The translations under genes were made by a program, and so were the position numbers. This document shows, one piece after another, positions 28,106 to 36,739 of a stretch of 36,990 nt of DNA (positions are counted from its first letter, which is position 1; every line of letters starts with the position of its first letter). Under the pieces are notes generated by a model that searched no databases, was not told where the DNA came from, and was given only the letters and a program-made list of their open reading frames with translations. This stretch comes from Christensenellaceae bacterium OttesenSCG-928-K19 (GTDB lineage: Bacteria; Bacillota; Clostridia; Christensenellales; Christensenellaceae): contig JAJDHD010000024.1 in NCBI GenBank assembly GCA_030266015.1, positions 1-36,990 on the forward strand, in the 5' to 3' direction.

Positions 28106-28846
28106 CTATTGAATGATATATGTTCCCGTCACGCTTGCGGACACCTCTATTTCGCCTGGCGCCACCGGCGTACTTGCGCTGCCCGCGCCCGGTACTGCGT
28201 CCATTGCCATTTCCTCCATCATTGGATAATAGCTGCTTGAACCGCCTTCTTCAATGGACCGTGGCTTTACAATCTCATAACCGCCGGAATCTGCAACAGC
28301 CTTTGCCTTGGCGTCTATGGACTGCATGGCCTTGCCCAGCGCCTCAATATACACCGAATCCCTGTCGGCCAGGTCAAACGAAAGTGAATAGGTGGAGTTT
28401 GCGCCCGCGGCAGCGGCAGCGTCTATCACTGCACCCACCTTGTCAATATCACGAATCGTCACTTTATAGGTATTATCCATGATCGTGTTGTCAGGATTTT
28501 CATAATCCTGATAAATACTGACATTAGACGTTTCGATGTCTTCCTCTGCCACACCTGCCTGCTTAATTGCACCTATAAGCCCATCCGCAATTTGCGCATT
28601 TGCCTGCTGCGCTTCTTCCGCATCCGCCCCGGATGTCTGAACGCCAATATAAACATACGCAATATCCGGCGCTACCTTCACTGTTTCTGTCGCGTTTACC
28701 GTGAGTGTGCTTTCCGTCTGCGCCTGTTGCTCGGACGGCTGCTCTGCCTGGACTACCTGGGGTGTTTGCGCCGTCCCCTGGTCGCAGCCAATCAATGCCA
28801 TCGCAAATACACCTACCAGCACCACAAGAAGTATTGTCTTTTTCAT
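28106..28846 (-). CDS. SIMPL (DUF541) domain lipoprotein
   Basis: Signal peptide with lipobox LIGC. SIMPL-like core (VAPDIAYVYIGVQTSGADAEEAQQANAQ...GEIEVSASVTGTYIIQ). Start assigned to MKKTILLVV with GGGAGG upstream. Confidence 0.75.
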   Translation of the reverse strand: MKKTILLVVLVGVFAMALIGCDQGTAQTPQVVQAEQPSEQQAQTESTLTVNATETVKVAPDIAYVYIGVQTSGADAEEAQQANAQIADGLIGAIKQAGVAEEDIETSNVSIYQDYENPDNTIMDNTYKVTIRDIDKVGAVIDAAAAAGANSTYSLSFDLADRDSVYIEALGKAMQSIDAKAKAVADSGGYEIVKPRSIEEGGSSSYYPMMEEMAMDAVPGAGSASTPVAPGEIEVSASVTGTYIIQ

Positions 28847-28989
28847 TTTTTCTATTCCTCCCAAAAAGTTGCTCCTGCCCATTAGATTAATAAGCAGTGC
28901 CGTTTGTTCCCAAACACCTATGCTAATAACAACCCTGCGCCGTTATTAAATATTACAAGTATATCAATTTTTTTATCACTATATGATTT

Positions 28990-29018
28990 TATTAAAAAAC
29001 ACCCCGCCCGGAGTGCCT
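28990..29018 (-). terminator. Probable rho-independent terminator of the ECF sigma factor gene
   Basis: Minus-strand RNA CACUCCG-ggc-CGGGGUG (one GU pair) followed by UUUUUU. Confidence 0.4.
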
Positions 29019-29564
29019 TTATAATATCTTTTTTGTGATCAGAAGCTCCCGCAATTTTTCCCTTGCGCGGGAGATACGCGATTTTACCGTTCCGACTGAG
29101 ATTTTCATGATTTCCGCAATTTCCTCGTATTTCATGCCCTCCACGTCTTTTAAAACGATAATCGGAATATATTTTTCCGGCAACATGCGGATGCAGCTTT
29201 TGATGCCCGCCCCCAGTTCATTATTAAGCGCTTCTTTATCCGGATTACCGTCCCTGCTTGTAATCACATTCTCAAAATCATCTATTTGCGCGTTCGCTTT
29301 TTTCTTACGCAAAATATCCAAGCAGGTATTTGCCGTCACCCGGTACATCCAGGTGGAAAACGCCGACTGGAAAGAAAACTTTTTAAGATTGCCGTACATT
29401 TTTATAATCGCATCCTGTGCCGCGTCCTGCGCGTCATGGTCGTTCCTCATAAATTTATACGCAATATTATATATTTTTTTTTCATAAGCGCTTATGAGTT
29501 CATCAAACGCCTGCACATTCCCATTTTGAGCACTTTTAATGAGTTCCGTTTCTTGCATTCTCAA
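29019..29564 (-). CDS. RNA polymerase sigma-70 family factor, ECF-type (regions 2 and 4 only)
   Basis: ELIKSAQNGNVQAFDELISAYEKKIYNIAYKFMRNDHDAQDAAQDAIIKMY (region 2) and C-terminal HTH IAEIMKISVGTVKSRISRAREKL (region 4). Confidence 0.85.
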   Translation of the reverse strand: MRMQETELIKSAQNGNVQAFDELISAYEKKIYNIAYKFMRNDHDAQDAAQDAIIKMYGNLKKFSFQSAFSTWMYRVTANTCLDILRKKKANAQIDDFENVITSRDGNPDKEALNNELGAGIKSCIRMLPEKYIPIIVLKDVEGMKYEEIAEIMKISVGTVKSRISRAREKLRELLITKKIL

Positions 29565-29861
29565 CCTTTCAAGAAAACATCATATTAAATCAGTATATAT
29601 TATAGAGTAAAACCCCTGAAATTCCAATAAAACTTTTGATTTACCTGTAGTTATCATAAAGAATTTACGGGTTGTTTACAATTTTTATTAACAGGATATG
29701 CTATCAGATGAAGATATCCACTTACTGCTGGAGGCAATAGAAAAAAACAATGAACTTTTAGGCGAACGGCTCAGTGTGCCAAGCAGCCTTTTAGGTGAAC
29801 TGGGCAATTGCTGTTAATACGTTTTTTTGATAATAAGCTATGCAAACATTATCACTTGATA

Positions 29862-29904
29862 AACATAAAACACTCCCCTCTGTATTACGGGGAGTGTTTG
29901 TTTG
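29862..29904. terminator. Bidirectional rho-independent terminator immediately downstream of floT
   Basis: ACACTCCCC-tctgtattac-GGGGAGTGT flanked by an A-run and TTTGTTTG. Confidence 0.7.
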
Positions 29905-29906
29905 CG

Positions 29907-31358
29907 TCACTCTTTTGCCTGTTCATCCTGTTGTATGTCTATTGCTGGCGGCTCCGCTGCCGTTTGTATTTCTACCGGCGCATCATCCCCGGCACCATCC
30001 GCCTTCTTGCCCAGGAAATCGGGCAGCTGCATACCCGCCATCTCAAACATCTCCTGCATGGGCGGAATGCTCTTTAGCAGGCCGGACAGGAAGTTTGCCG
30101 TCCCTGTCTTGCCGTCCTTGCCGTTTCCACCGCCATCCCAGACTGTGATCTTGTCAATGTTAAGGTCGCGAATCGCATCCACCTGCACACGCATCAGGTC
30201 TTCCATCTTGTCCGCCAACATCAGCATCAGCGCGTCCTTTGCGCTGCCGCCTGCCGCATCCACAATTTCCTGGAAGCCAGAAGCCTGTTTTGTCAGTATT
30301 TCCTGCGTACCACGTGCTTCCGCCTCCATCTTTGCATAGATAGCATCCGCTTCACCGGCAGCCTGCCTGCGGGTTTTTTCCGCCTCCGCTTCCGCCGCCA
30401 GCTCTATTTCACGTTTCCTGATTTCAGCTTTTACAATAACATCAGCTTCTAACGCAGCCTGCTCACGCGAGAACCTTACCTGCTCGGCTTCACGCTCTGC
30501 CGCATAGGCTTCTTCCAAAGCCTTTGCCGCCTGGACTTTTTCAGCCGCCACGGCAAGCCGCATAGACTCAGCCTCTTTTTCACGCTTTAACGCCTCTGAC
30601 TGGGCAATTTGTATCTGCGCCAGGTTTTCACCTTTGATTGCGTCCGAATTCGCGGTTGATACCTGCACACGTTGATCCATCTGCGCCTGTGCCTCACCAA
30701 TCGAACCGTCGCGCACTTTTTCCGCGACAGACTTTTTCGCGTCATTGATCGCCTTTGCCGCCGCTTCTTTACCAAGTGCCGTAATGTATCCGGATTCATC
30801 CGTAATATCTGTAACGTTTACGTTAATCAGCCGCAGGCCAATTTTCTTAAGCTCGGATTCCACATTGTGGGAAACGGCTTCCAGGAATTTGTCACGGTCT
30901 GTATTGATTTCTTCTATGTCCATTGTCGCGATTACAAGACGCAACTGGCCAAAAATCACATCCTTTGCAAGATCCTGAATCTCCACCTGCTTCAGCCCAA
31001 GCAACCGCTCCGCCGCGTTTTGCATAATCCCCTGCTCCGTCGAAATACCTACAGTGAAAATCGAGGGTACATCGATACGAATGTTCTGGCGGGAAAGTGC
31101 ATTACGCAAATCCACCTGGATGGAGATTGGCGTTAGGTCCAGGTATTGATAGGCCTGGATGACCGGCCAGATAAATGCCGCGCCACCGTGGATACAACGC
31201 GACGTGCGGTTTGTACCATCGCTGTTTTGCCCCACTTTACCATAAATAACCATAATTTTATCTGAAGGGCATTTCCGATACCTTGTCAGAAAAACCAACA
31301 ATAGTATAAATAATATAATTACAATGACCACAATCAGGATTAATGTTTCAAGACTCAT
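29907..31358 (-). CDS. floT: Flotillin (SPFH/band-7 family, FloT/YuaG-like)
   Basis: N-terminal TM, SPFH domain, long EA-rich coiled coil (AEREAEQVRFSREQAALEA...), flotillin C-terminus. Confidence 0.9.
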   Translation of the reverse strand: MSLETLILIVVIVIILFILLLVFLTRYRKCPSDKIMVIYGKVGQNSDGTNRTSRCIHGGAAFIWPVIQAYQYLDLTPISIQVDLRNALSRQNIRIDVPSIFTVGISTEQGIMQNAAERLLGLKQVEIQDLAKDVIFGQLRLVIATMDIEEINTDRDKFLEAVSHNVESELKKIGLRLINVNVTDITDESGYITALGKEAAAKAINDAKKSVAEKVRDGSIGEAQAQMDQRVQVSTANSDAIKGENLAQIQIAQSEALKREKEAESMRLAVAAEKVQAAKALEEAYAAEREAEQVRFSREQAALEADVIVKAEIRKREIELAAEAEAEKTRRQAAGEADAIYAKMEAEARGTQEILTKQASGFQEIVDAAGGSAKDALMLMLADKMEDLMRVQVDAIRDLNIDKITVWDGGGNGKDGKTGTANFLSGLLKSIPPMQEMFEMAGMQLPDFLGKKADGAGDDAPVEIQTAAEPPAIDIQQDEQAKE

Positions 31359-31380
31359 GCTTGTTACCCCCTTTTTTCTG

Positions 31381-32130
31381 TTATTTCTTTCTTACAATAA
31401 GCGAGTTCCCATTGGAAATGCCAACCACTGTCACTTCCGCTCCGGTTTTGATCGATTCTTCCTCATCCGTTACAGCCTCCAGCTCCATCAGTTGTTCCTG
31501 TATCACAATGTGCACTTTGCCGTACCTTTCACGTTTTGCCGGTATATTCATATATACTGTGCCGGATTTTCCCAGCGCATTGCGGATATCCATGGACCCG
31601 TCCTGCTGTAGCCGCAGCATCGCACGGAAGAGCAGCGCAACAAGATACATTGCCACAGCGCCAAAAACAATCGCCAGACCAACGCTTGCAGGTGCCGGAA
31701 GACCCGCCTTCAGCATTACAAGTCCCGACCAGCCAAATACCGCAAAGAATGTGATGATGCCCTGCATTGTGAAGATATGCAGCCCCGACCCCGAAGGCAC
31801 TTCCGTGTTGGTTTCTACCACAAACCCGCCGTCCGGCGCGCTATCCGACGGCCCATACCAGTCGCCCGCATGCACGTCGATGTCAATATCCACATCCGGC
31901 ATGTCAATGCTAATCTCTTCGCTTATACCACCGGGCGCATCACCAAAATCAGCATCGGCGTCAAACCCGCCGCCCGCATCAGCGTCAGCATCTATGCCGC
32001 CTGCATCCGTGTCACTGCCAAATCCGATGATCAATAAGATCACCTGCACAACAAGGAGCACAGTCGACGCAATGCCGACCACCGCAAATATTTGCTCCAC
32101 CAGGCTCATTGCTTCCCACCAGGCTACCAT
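31381..32130 (-). CDS. nfeD: NfeD-family membrane protein (YuaF-like) with an acidic Asp/Gly-rich insert and a C-terminal OB-fold
   Basis: Hydrophobic N-terminal and central TMs, insert DTDAGGIDADADAGGGFDADADFGD, C-terminal beta-barrel (GAEVTVVGISNGNSLIVRK). Confidence 0.8.
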   Translation of the reverse strand: MVAWWEAMSLVEQIFAVVGIASTVLLVVQVILLIIGFGSDTDAGGIDADADAGGGFDADADFGDAPGGISEEISIDMPDVDIDIDVHAGDWYGPSDSAPDGGFVVETNTEVPSGSGLHIFTMQGIITFFAVFGWSGLVMLKAGLPAPASVGLAIVFGAVAMYLVALLFRAMLRLQQDGSMDIRNALGKSGTVYMNIPAKRERYGKVHIVIQEQLMELEAVTDEEESIKTGAEVTVVGISNGNSLIVRKK

Positions 32131-32148
32131 TTCGTGTCACTCCCTTCG

Positions 32149-32688
32149 CTACATTTTCTGTTCGATTCCTACCAGAAAAAGCTCCGCGCGTTTTTTTACT
32201 CTGGCCGAAATAAACGCAAGAACCATTACCTTAATAACCTCTTTCAGCCTCTCGCTCACATCAGCGCTCAAATTTTTCTTTTGCACTTCCTCCGATATTA
32301 TCTCGTCCACATTTGTCTGCTCCCGTATTGCGTCTTTGGGCACAGCAGCCATTACGCTTGAAAATGTAGTGTAAATCATGATATCATCGGCTTCTCCCTC
32401 ACTTCTGTACACATAACGCAGCATAGCAATAATACGCTCAATCTGCAAAATGTCCTTCAGCATGTTGATTAGTGCAATCCTGCAAAACTGGCGGCAATCA
32501 TATTTCTTATGCACAGGAGGCGAAATAAACTTCCGCTTTACCCAATTCTGCACCGTGTGTGGCTCCAGCCCGGTTAGCTGCACCACCTGGGAGAGTACCA
32601 GCCCACCCATCGCAAATGCGGAATCTAAAAACCCCTGTGCCGTATTATTTTCATTGACTTCCACCGTTGTTCCAGGTAAATAATCCAT
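32149..32688 (-). CDS. DUF1836-like protein with a MerR-like HTH motif near the N-terminus
   Basis: LSQVVQLTGLEPHTVQNWVKRKFISPP resembles the DUF1836 conserved core. First gene of the nfeD-floT operon. Confidence 0.55.
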   Translation of the reverse strand: MDYLPGTTVEVNENNTAQGFLDSAFAMGGLVLSQVVQLTGLEPHTVQNWVKRKFISPPVHKKYDCRQFCRIALINMLKDILQIERIIAMLRYVYRSEGEADDIMIYTTFSSVMAAVPKDAIREQTNVDEIISEEVQKKNLSADVSERLKEVIKVMVLAFISARVKKRAELFLVGIEQKM

Positions 32689-32908
32689 TTATTCAATACC
32701 CGCCTTATACTATTTCCCCTCAAAAAAGCATTTCGCATTTTTTGATCCGCGCTATGACACAGGCTGCATAACTCTTTTGAGCACCACGCAGTAGGAAATT
32801 TGTTTCATACCAGTCCCGGATAAAACCGGCTCACTATCTGTTTTTCGCTGTTCTATCAGTAACCAGTATCATGATTATTTACTTTTATTTCACCTTTATG
32901 GTGTTTTG

Positions 32909-32937
32909 ATTATATCACATGGTCACAAGACCGTCAA
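32909..32937 (-). promoter_or_regulatory. Strong sigma-A promoter for the DUF1836-nfeD-floT operon (TTGACG -17- TATAAT with TGa extended -10). It gives a ~210-nt 5' leader.
   Basis: Hexamers and spacing read directly on the minus strand. Confidence 0.55.
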
Positions 32938-32940
32938 GTG

Positions 32941-32976
32941 TTATAAAAAAAGAGCCGCAGCCTAATTTTGCCAACT
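32941..32976 (-). terminator. Putative terminator region downstream of the response-regulator gene (U7 tract, weak GC-rich hairpin)
   Basis: Minus-strand GGCUGCGGCUC followed by UUUUUUU. The stem is poorly defined. Confidence 0.3.
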
Positions 32977-32989
32977 ATGTTCCCCACTG

Positions 32990-34045
32990 TCAATCTTTAT
33001 ATTGCTCGTAAATCTCATCCAGTTTATCCGCCATCATTTTACAACTCTCCACCAGCACAGGAGAAAACATACCAAAGTCGCCGCGTTCAATTGAACCAAG
33101 CGCCTCCTCATGTGTGTATTTGCGGCCTGTCTGCACGCCGCTGCGCAACGAATCATAGGTATCCGCAACCCCGACCACCTGTGCGCTAATGGGTATTTCA
33201 TCCCCCACCATCTTTTCCGGATAGCCCGAGCCATCCCAGCGCTCATGGTGATATCGGCAAATCTCTAGAGCCATATCAATGTATTCTCTATTTTCAAGCG
33301 TATTCATGGATTCAATGATCTGGCACCCACGGCTGGTGTGCGCCTCTAGTGTCCGGCGCTCCTCGTCTGTCAGCTGGATTGTTTTGCCAATCAAGTTTTC
33401 CGGAATAACAAGCTGCCCAATATCGTGCAATATAGACGAGGCAGAGATGAGCTCTATCTTCTGTGGTGTAAGTCCATATTTTTCATCACAATAATCATAA
33501 ATAAAATTCAATACTTCACGCGTATACGCACGAACCCGCTGCGTCGAGCGCCTTGTATCGCTGTTTTTTACCTGCATCACATTCACCAGCACATCTATAA
33601 CAAATTCCGTAATACCACGAAATTTTTCAGTTTGTTCACTGATGATCCGCTCCAAGCTCCGCTTATAGCGGAACAACTCTATCACATTGCGCACACGCTG
33701 CTTTACAATATTTGGATTAAACGGCTTTATGATAAAATCACTCGCTCCCCGCTTTAGGCACTCTATCTCCGCCGCCTCTGATTCGGAAGCGGAAATCATC
33801 ACAACGGGAATATCGTTCAAGTAACGGTTAAAATGCATAAAATCAAGCACATCATATCCGTCTTTTTCGGGCATAACAATATCAAGCAGGACAATGGCAA
33901 ATTCCTGGTAGTGCTCACCAATCAAGGTCATCGCCTCTTCGCCGTTTGCTGCTTCCATAATGCCATAATCGTTAGAAAAGAGGTCCGCCAGCATCATCCG
34001 GTTGATTTCAACATCATCTACAATCAAAACGATATTGTTTTTCAC
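32990..34045 (-). CDS. Response regulator with a receiver domain fused to an HD-GYP phosphodiesterase domain
   Basis: REC domain (IVLIVDDVEINR...LLDIVMPEKDGYDVL), HD motif (LHDIGQ), HHERWDGSGYP motif. GTG start with AGGAG 7 nt upstream. Confidence 0.85.
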   Translation of the reverse strand: MKNNIVLIVDDVEINRMMLADLFSNDYGIMEAANGEEAMTLIGEHYQEFAIVLLDIVMPEKDGYDVLDFMHFNRYLNDIPVVMISASESEAAEIECLKRGASDFIIKPFNPNIVKQRVRNVIELFRYKRSLERIISEQTEKFRGITEFVIDVLVNVMQVKNSDTRRSTQRVRAYTREVLNFIYDYCDEKYGLTPQKIELISASSILHDIGQLVIPENLIGKTIQLTDEERRTLEAHTSRGCQIIESMNTLENREYIDMALEICRYHHERWDGSGYPEKMVGDEIPISAQVVGVADTYDSLRSGVQTGRKYTHEEALGSIERGDFGMFSPVLVESCKMMADKLDEIYEQYKD

Positions 34046-34140
34046 ACATTTGCTCCTCTTTTATTAATTACTGACATTTTAACACACCTTTTTCCAAAAC
34101 ACACTACAAATATATAGCGATTTACACGGGATTATTTGAG

Positions 34141-34488
34141 TTAAACGATTTGTTTTATTTCTTTTTCTATTTTGTGATAGCATTCTTTAAGACGCTCCAG
34201 TCCCTCCGGTTGCCGTCCCTCCTTCAATTCCCGTTCCACTGCCAGGCTCAACGCCTGTAATTCATTCATACCAAGGTTTCCGCTGACCCCTTTTAGCGCA
34301 TGTGCCTTTACCCCGGCTTCCTGCAGGTTATCATTTTGGATACACGCAACCATATCAGGATAATTTTTATCCTGTAAGAACTTCCCCAGCAACTTTACAT
34401 AGAGGTCTTCATTTCCCATCACGCGCCCAATCCCCTGCGCAACGTCTATACCGGCCTGCTCCAGCCGCTCTTGATCTTGCTTATTCAT
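34141..34488 (-). CDS. Histidine phosphotransfer (Hpt) domain protein, ~115 aa
   Basis: Hpt signature HALKGVSGNLG. GGGAGG RBS 6 nt upstream of the ATG at 34488. The ATGAATAA overlap with the kinase stop indicates translational coupling. The longer ORF-track N-terminus is not supported. Confidence 0.75.
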   Translation of the reverse strand: MNKQDQERLEQAGIDVAQGIGRVMGNEDLYVKLLGKFLQDKNYPDMVACIQNDNLQEAGVKAHALKGVSGNLGMNELQALSLAVERELKEGRQPEGLERLKECYHKIEKEIKQIV

Positions 34489-36739
34489 CTTTTCCTCCCT
34501 TTTTCGCCAACAACTCTTCCAATATCGAAAGCACCTCCTTGGGGTCGATTGGTTTTGCAATATGCGCATTCATACCGCTGCTAATGGATTCATTTATACT
34601 TTCATGTGAAGCATTCGCCGTCATCGCCACAACCGGAACCGTGCCCGCATCCCCTTTTGACGAAGCACGAATAGCGCGGGTTGCTTCCAGCCCGTCCATC
34701 ACCGGCATATGCACATCCATTAAAATAATATCATAGTAATGCTCCGGCTTTTCTTCAAAAAGAATGACTGCTTCTTTCCCATTTACCGCCTGTTCCGCCT
34801 CAAACCCAACCGTCGTTAAAAGAGCGTCCGATATCTCCATATTGATGTCGTTATCTTCCACAATCAATATTCGTTTGCCGCTAAAGTCAAACTCGTCCAT
34901 CTCTTTTGACCGACGTTCATGGCGCTCCAGCTCTGCCGCCTGAATCCCCATTTTTATGTCAAAGCTGAATTCGCTGCCCTCACCCTCCTCGCTTATTACG
35001 GTAATATCACCGCCAAGCTGCGATGCCAGGCTTTTGCTGATTGCCAAGCCAAGGCCCGCTCCCCGGAATCTGCTGACCGGCGGCTTGCCCTCCTGCTCAA
35101 AGGGCACAAAAATCTTTTCTATAAAATCTGCCGCAATGCCAATCCCGTCGTCGCGCACCGTAAATCTTGTAAAAACGGTATCCTCGGACAAATCATGCTG
35201 CCTGATGAAGAACGTGATATTGCCGCCTTTTCCTGTAAACTTAACGGCATTTGTCAAAAAGTTTAACACAATCTGCCGTATGCTCGTTTCGTCTCCAATC
35301 AGGTTGGGCTGCATCATATCTTCACGCACCACATTAAAATGCAGCTCTTGCTCCGTCGCACGCGAGTAAATGATAGAGGTGATATCATCAATCATTTTTC
35401 CTAAGTCAAACGGTTTACGTTCCAACTTCATATTACCGGCTTCCAGGCGCGAGATATCCAGCACATCATTTACCAGATCCAGCAAGTGCCGCGCCGCGAT
35501 ATCAATTTTCTCTAGGCAATCTCTTGTTTTTTCCTCGTCCCCAACAGACATTTCCGCAATCGCTTTCATTCCAACAATCGCGTTAATCGGCGTTTTTAAG
35601 TCATGGCTCACCCGCGACAGAAAATCACGCTTGACAGCATTTGCGTGTTCCGCATCATTAAGCGCGTCCAGCAACGCCTCCTGTGCCTGCCTGTCCTGGG
35701 TTATATCCTGTGTCACGCTTACCAGCCTATAGCCTTTCTGGTTTTTGTCGTAATATGGATACATCCTCGTACGCACCAGCTTGCGTTCCCCTGTTTGCGC
35801 ATGGATAAACCCATATTCCAGTTCCAGCGTTTTTTTCATTTCCCCATTGTCATAAGCATGGGATATCTGCTCATAAACATCTTCGCTAACATATTCCTTC
35901 AGCAGGCTGTAATTATTAGTCACTTGCGGCTTTATGGCGAGCCCCAGCATGCGCTCCGCATTTTGACTCGAAAATTCTATGTCGCCCGTCTCATAGTCAT
36001 AAATGATAAACACATCGTCCACATTTTCCATAATGATATTGAACAATGTTTCCCTTTGATATATCTCATCGTTGCGGCTGGAAATAAAACGCGCGCTGAA
36101 AATAGAGGTCATCAGGCAGAGTGCAATCACAATGATTCCTAAAATGAGAACCGTCCTGTTTGTTTGCATGTTCAGGTCATGGGATTGCGCGACATAAGAC
36201 TCGATTTCTTCCGTCCCCTTGGCAATCAGGTTGTCCAATATTGCATCCAATTCTTCATAAATCGGTTCGTTTTGCTCCAAAAGCAGGGCCCCTTCCTCTT
36301 GCCTGCCATCAAACGAAAGCCCGATACTCTGGTCGTTTTTTGCAATCAACGCGCGAATGCTGCTCCTCAATCCCCCCTGACCAGTGTTTTTCATCCATTC
36401 ATCTATGCGATCAAGCGATATGGAAAGCTCCTCCCGCTTTTTATATAATTGTTCCAACTCTGCGGCTGTCCTGTCGCTGTGGGTGCTCTCCACCACGTCA
36501 AACATTGTTTCCCGCGACTTATACAGGTATGATTTCACGTCCATCGCGTTTATTGTCATGGTGTAGGCGTTGTTATAGGTAGCCTCAACATATTGTTCCA
36601 AATTGTCAGTATTCTCGATGCTAACGGCAGAAAACAGAATAACCGCAATGGATATGATAATAACAGCCACAATCAGCAGCCGGTTTATATTGCGTATTGG
36701 CATCCCTTTGTTCTTTTTCATTGCTTTGTTTCCCCACAT
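34481..36739 (-). CDS. Hybrid sensor histidine kinase. Domain order is TM, ~170-aa extracytoplasmic helical sensor, TM, PAS, HisKA, HATPase_c, C-terminal receiver. The start is probably at the ATG at 36721.
   Basis: H-box SHDLKTPINAIVG, G-boxes (DDGIGI, GAGLGLAIS), receiver ILIVEDNDINM...ILMDVHMPVMDG, two hydrophobic helices near residues 20-42 and 200-222. Confidence 0.85.
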   Translation of the reverse strand: MWGNKAMKKNKGMPIRNINRLLIVAVIIISIAVILFSAVSIENTDNLEQYVEATYNNAYTMTINAMDVKSYLYKSRETMFDVVESTHSDRTAAELEQLYKKREELSISLDRIDEWMKNTGQGGLRSSIRALIAKNDQSIGLSFDGRQEEGALLLEQNEPIYEELDAILDNLIAKGTEEIESYVAQSHDLNMQTNRTVLILGIIVIALCLMTSIFSARFISSRNDEIYQRETLFNIIMENVDDVFIIYDYETGDIEFSSQNAERMLGLAIKPQVTNNYSLLKEYVSEDVYEQISHAYDNGEMKKTLELEYGFIHAQTGERKLVRTRMYPYYDKNQKGYRLVSVTQDITQDRQAQEALLDALNDAEHANAVKRDFLSRVSHDLKTPINAIVGMKAIAEMSVGDEEKTRDCLEKIDIAARHLLDLVNDVLDISRLEAGNMKLERKPFDLGKMIDDITSIIYSRATEQELHFNVVREDMMQPNLIGDETSIRQIVLNFLTNAVKFTGKGGNITFFIRQHDLSEDTVFTRFTVRDDGIGIAADFIEKIFVPFEQEGKPPVSRFRGAGLGLAISKSLASQLGGDITVISEEGEGSEFSFDIKMGIQAAELERHERRSKEMDEFDFSGKRILIVEDNDINMEISDALLTTVGFEAEQAVNGKEAVILFEEKPEHYYDIILMDVHMPVMDGLEATRAIRASSKGDAGTVPVVAMTANASHESINESISSGMNAHIAKPIDPKEVLSILEELLAKKGGKDE

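Noticed and set aside
29698-29817. 39-codon ORF ending in Cys-Cys between the sigma factor and floT
   Set aside because: The SD-like AGGA is only 2 nt from the ATG and there is no recognisable family. Kept only as a note under the orphan sigma finding.
31343-32374. 343-aa plus-strand ORF, Ser/Thr/Pro-rich
   Set aside because: Antisense to nfeD and the floT start. Composition is typical of a GC-frame shadow ORF.
34489-34569. 27-codon N-terminal extension of the Hpt ORF
   Set aside because: It overlaps the kinase C-terminus in another frame. The GGGAGG RBS and ATG at 34488 define the real start.
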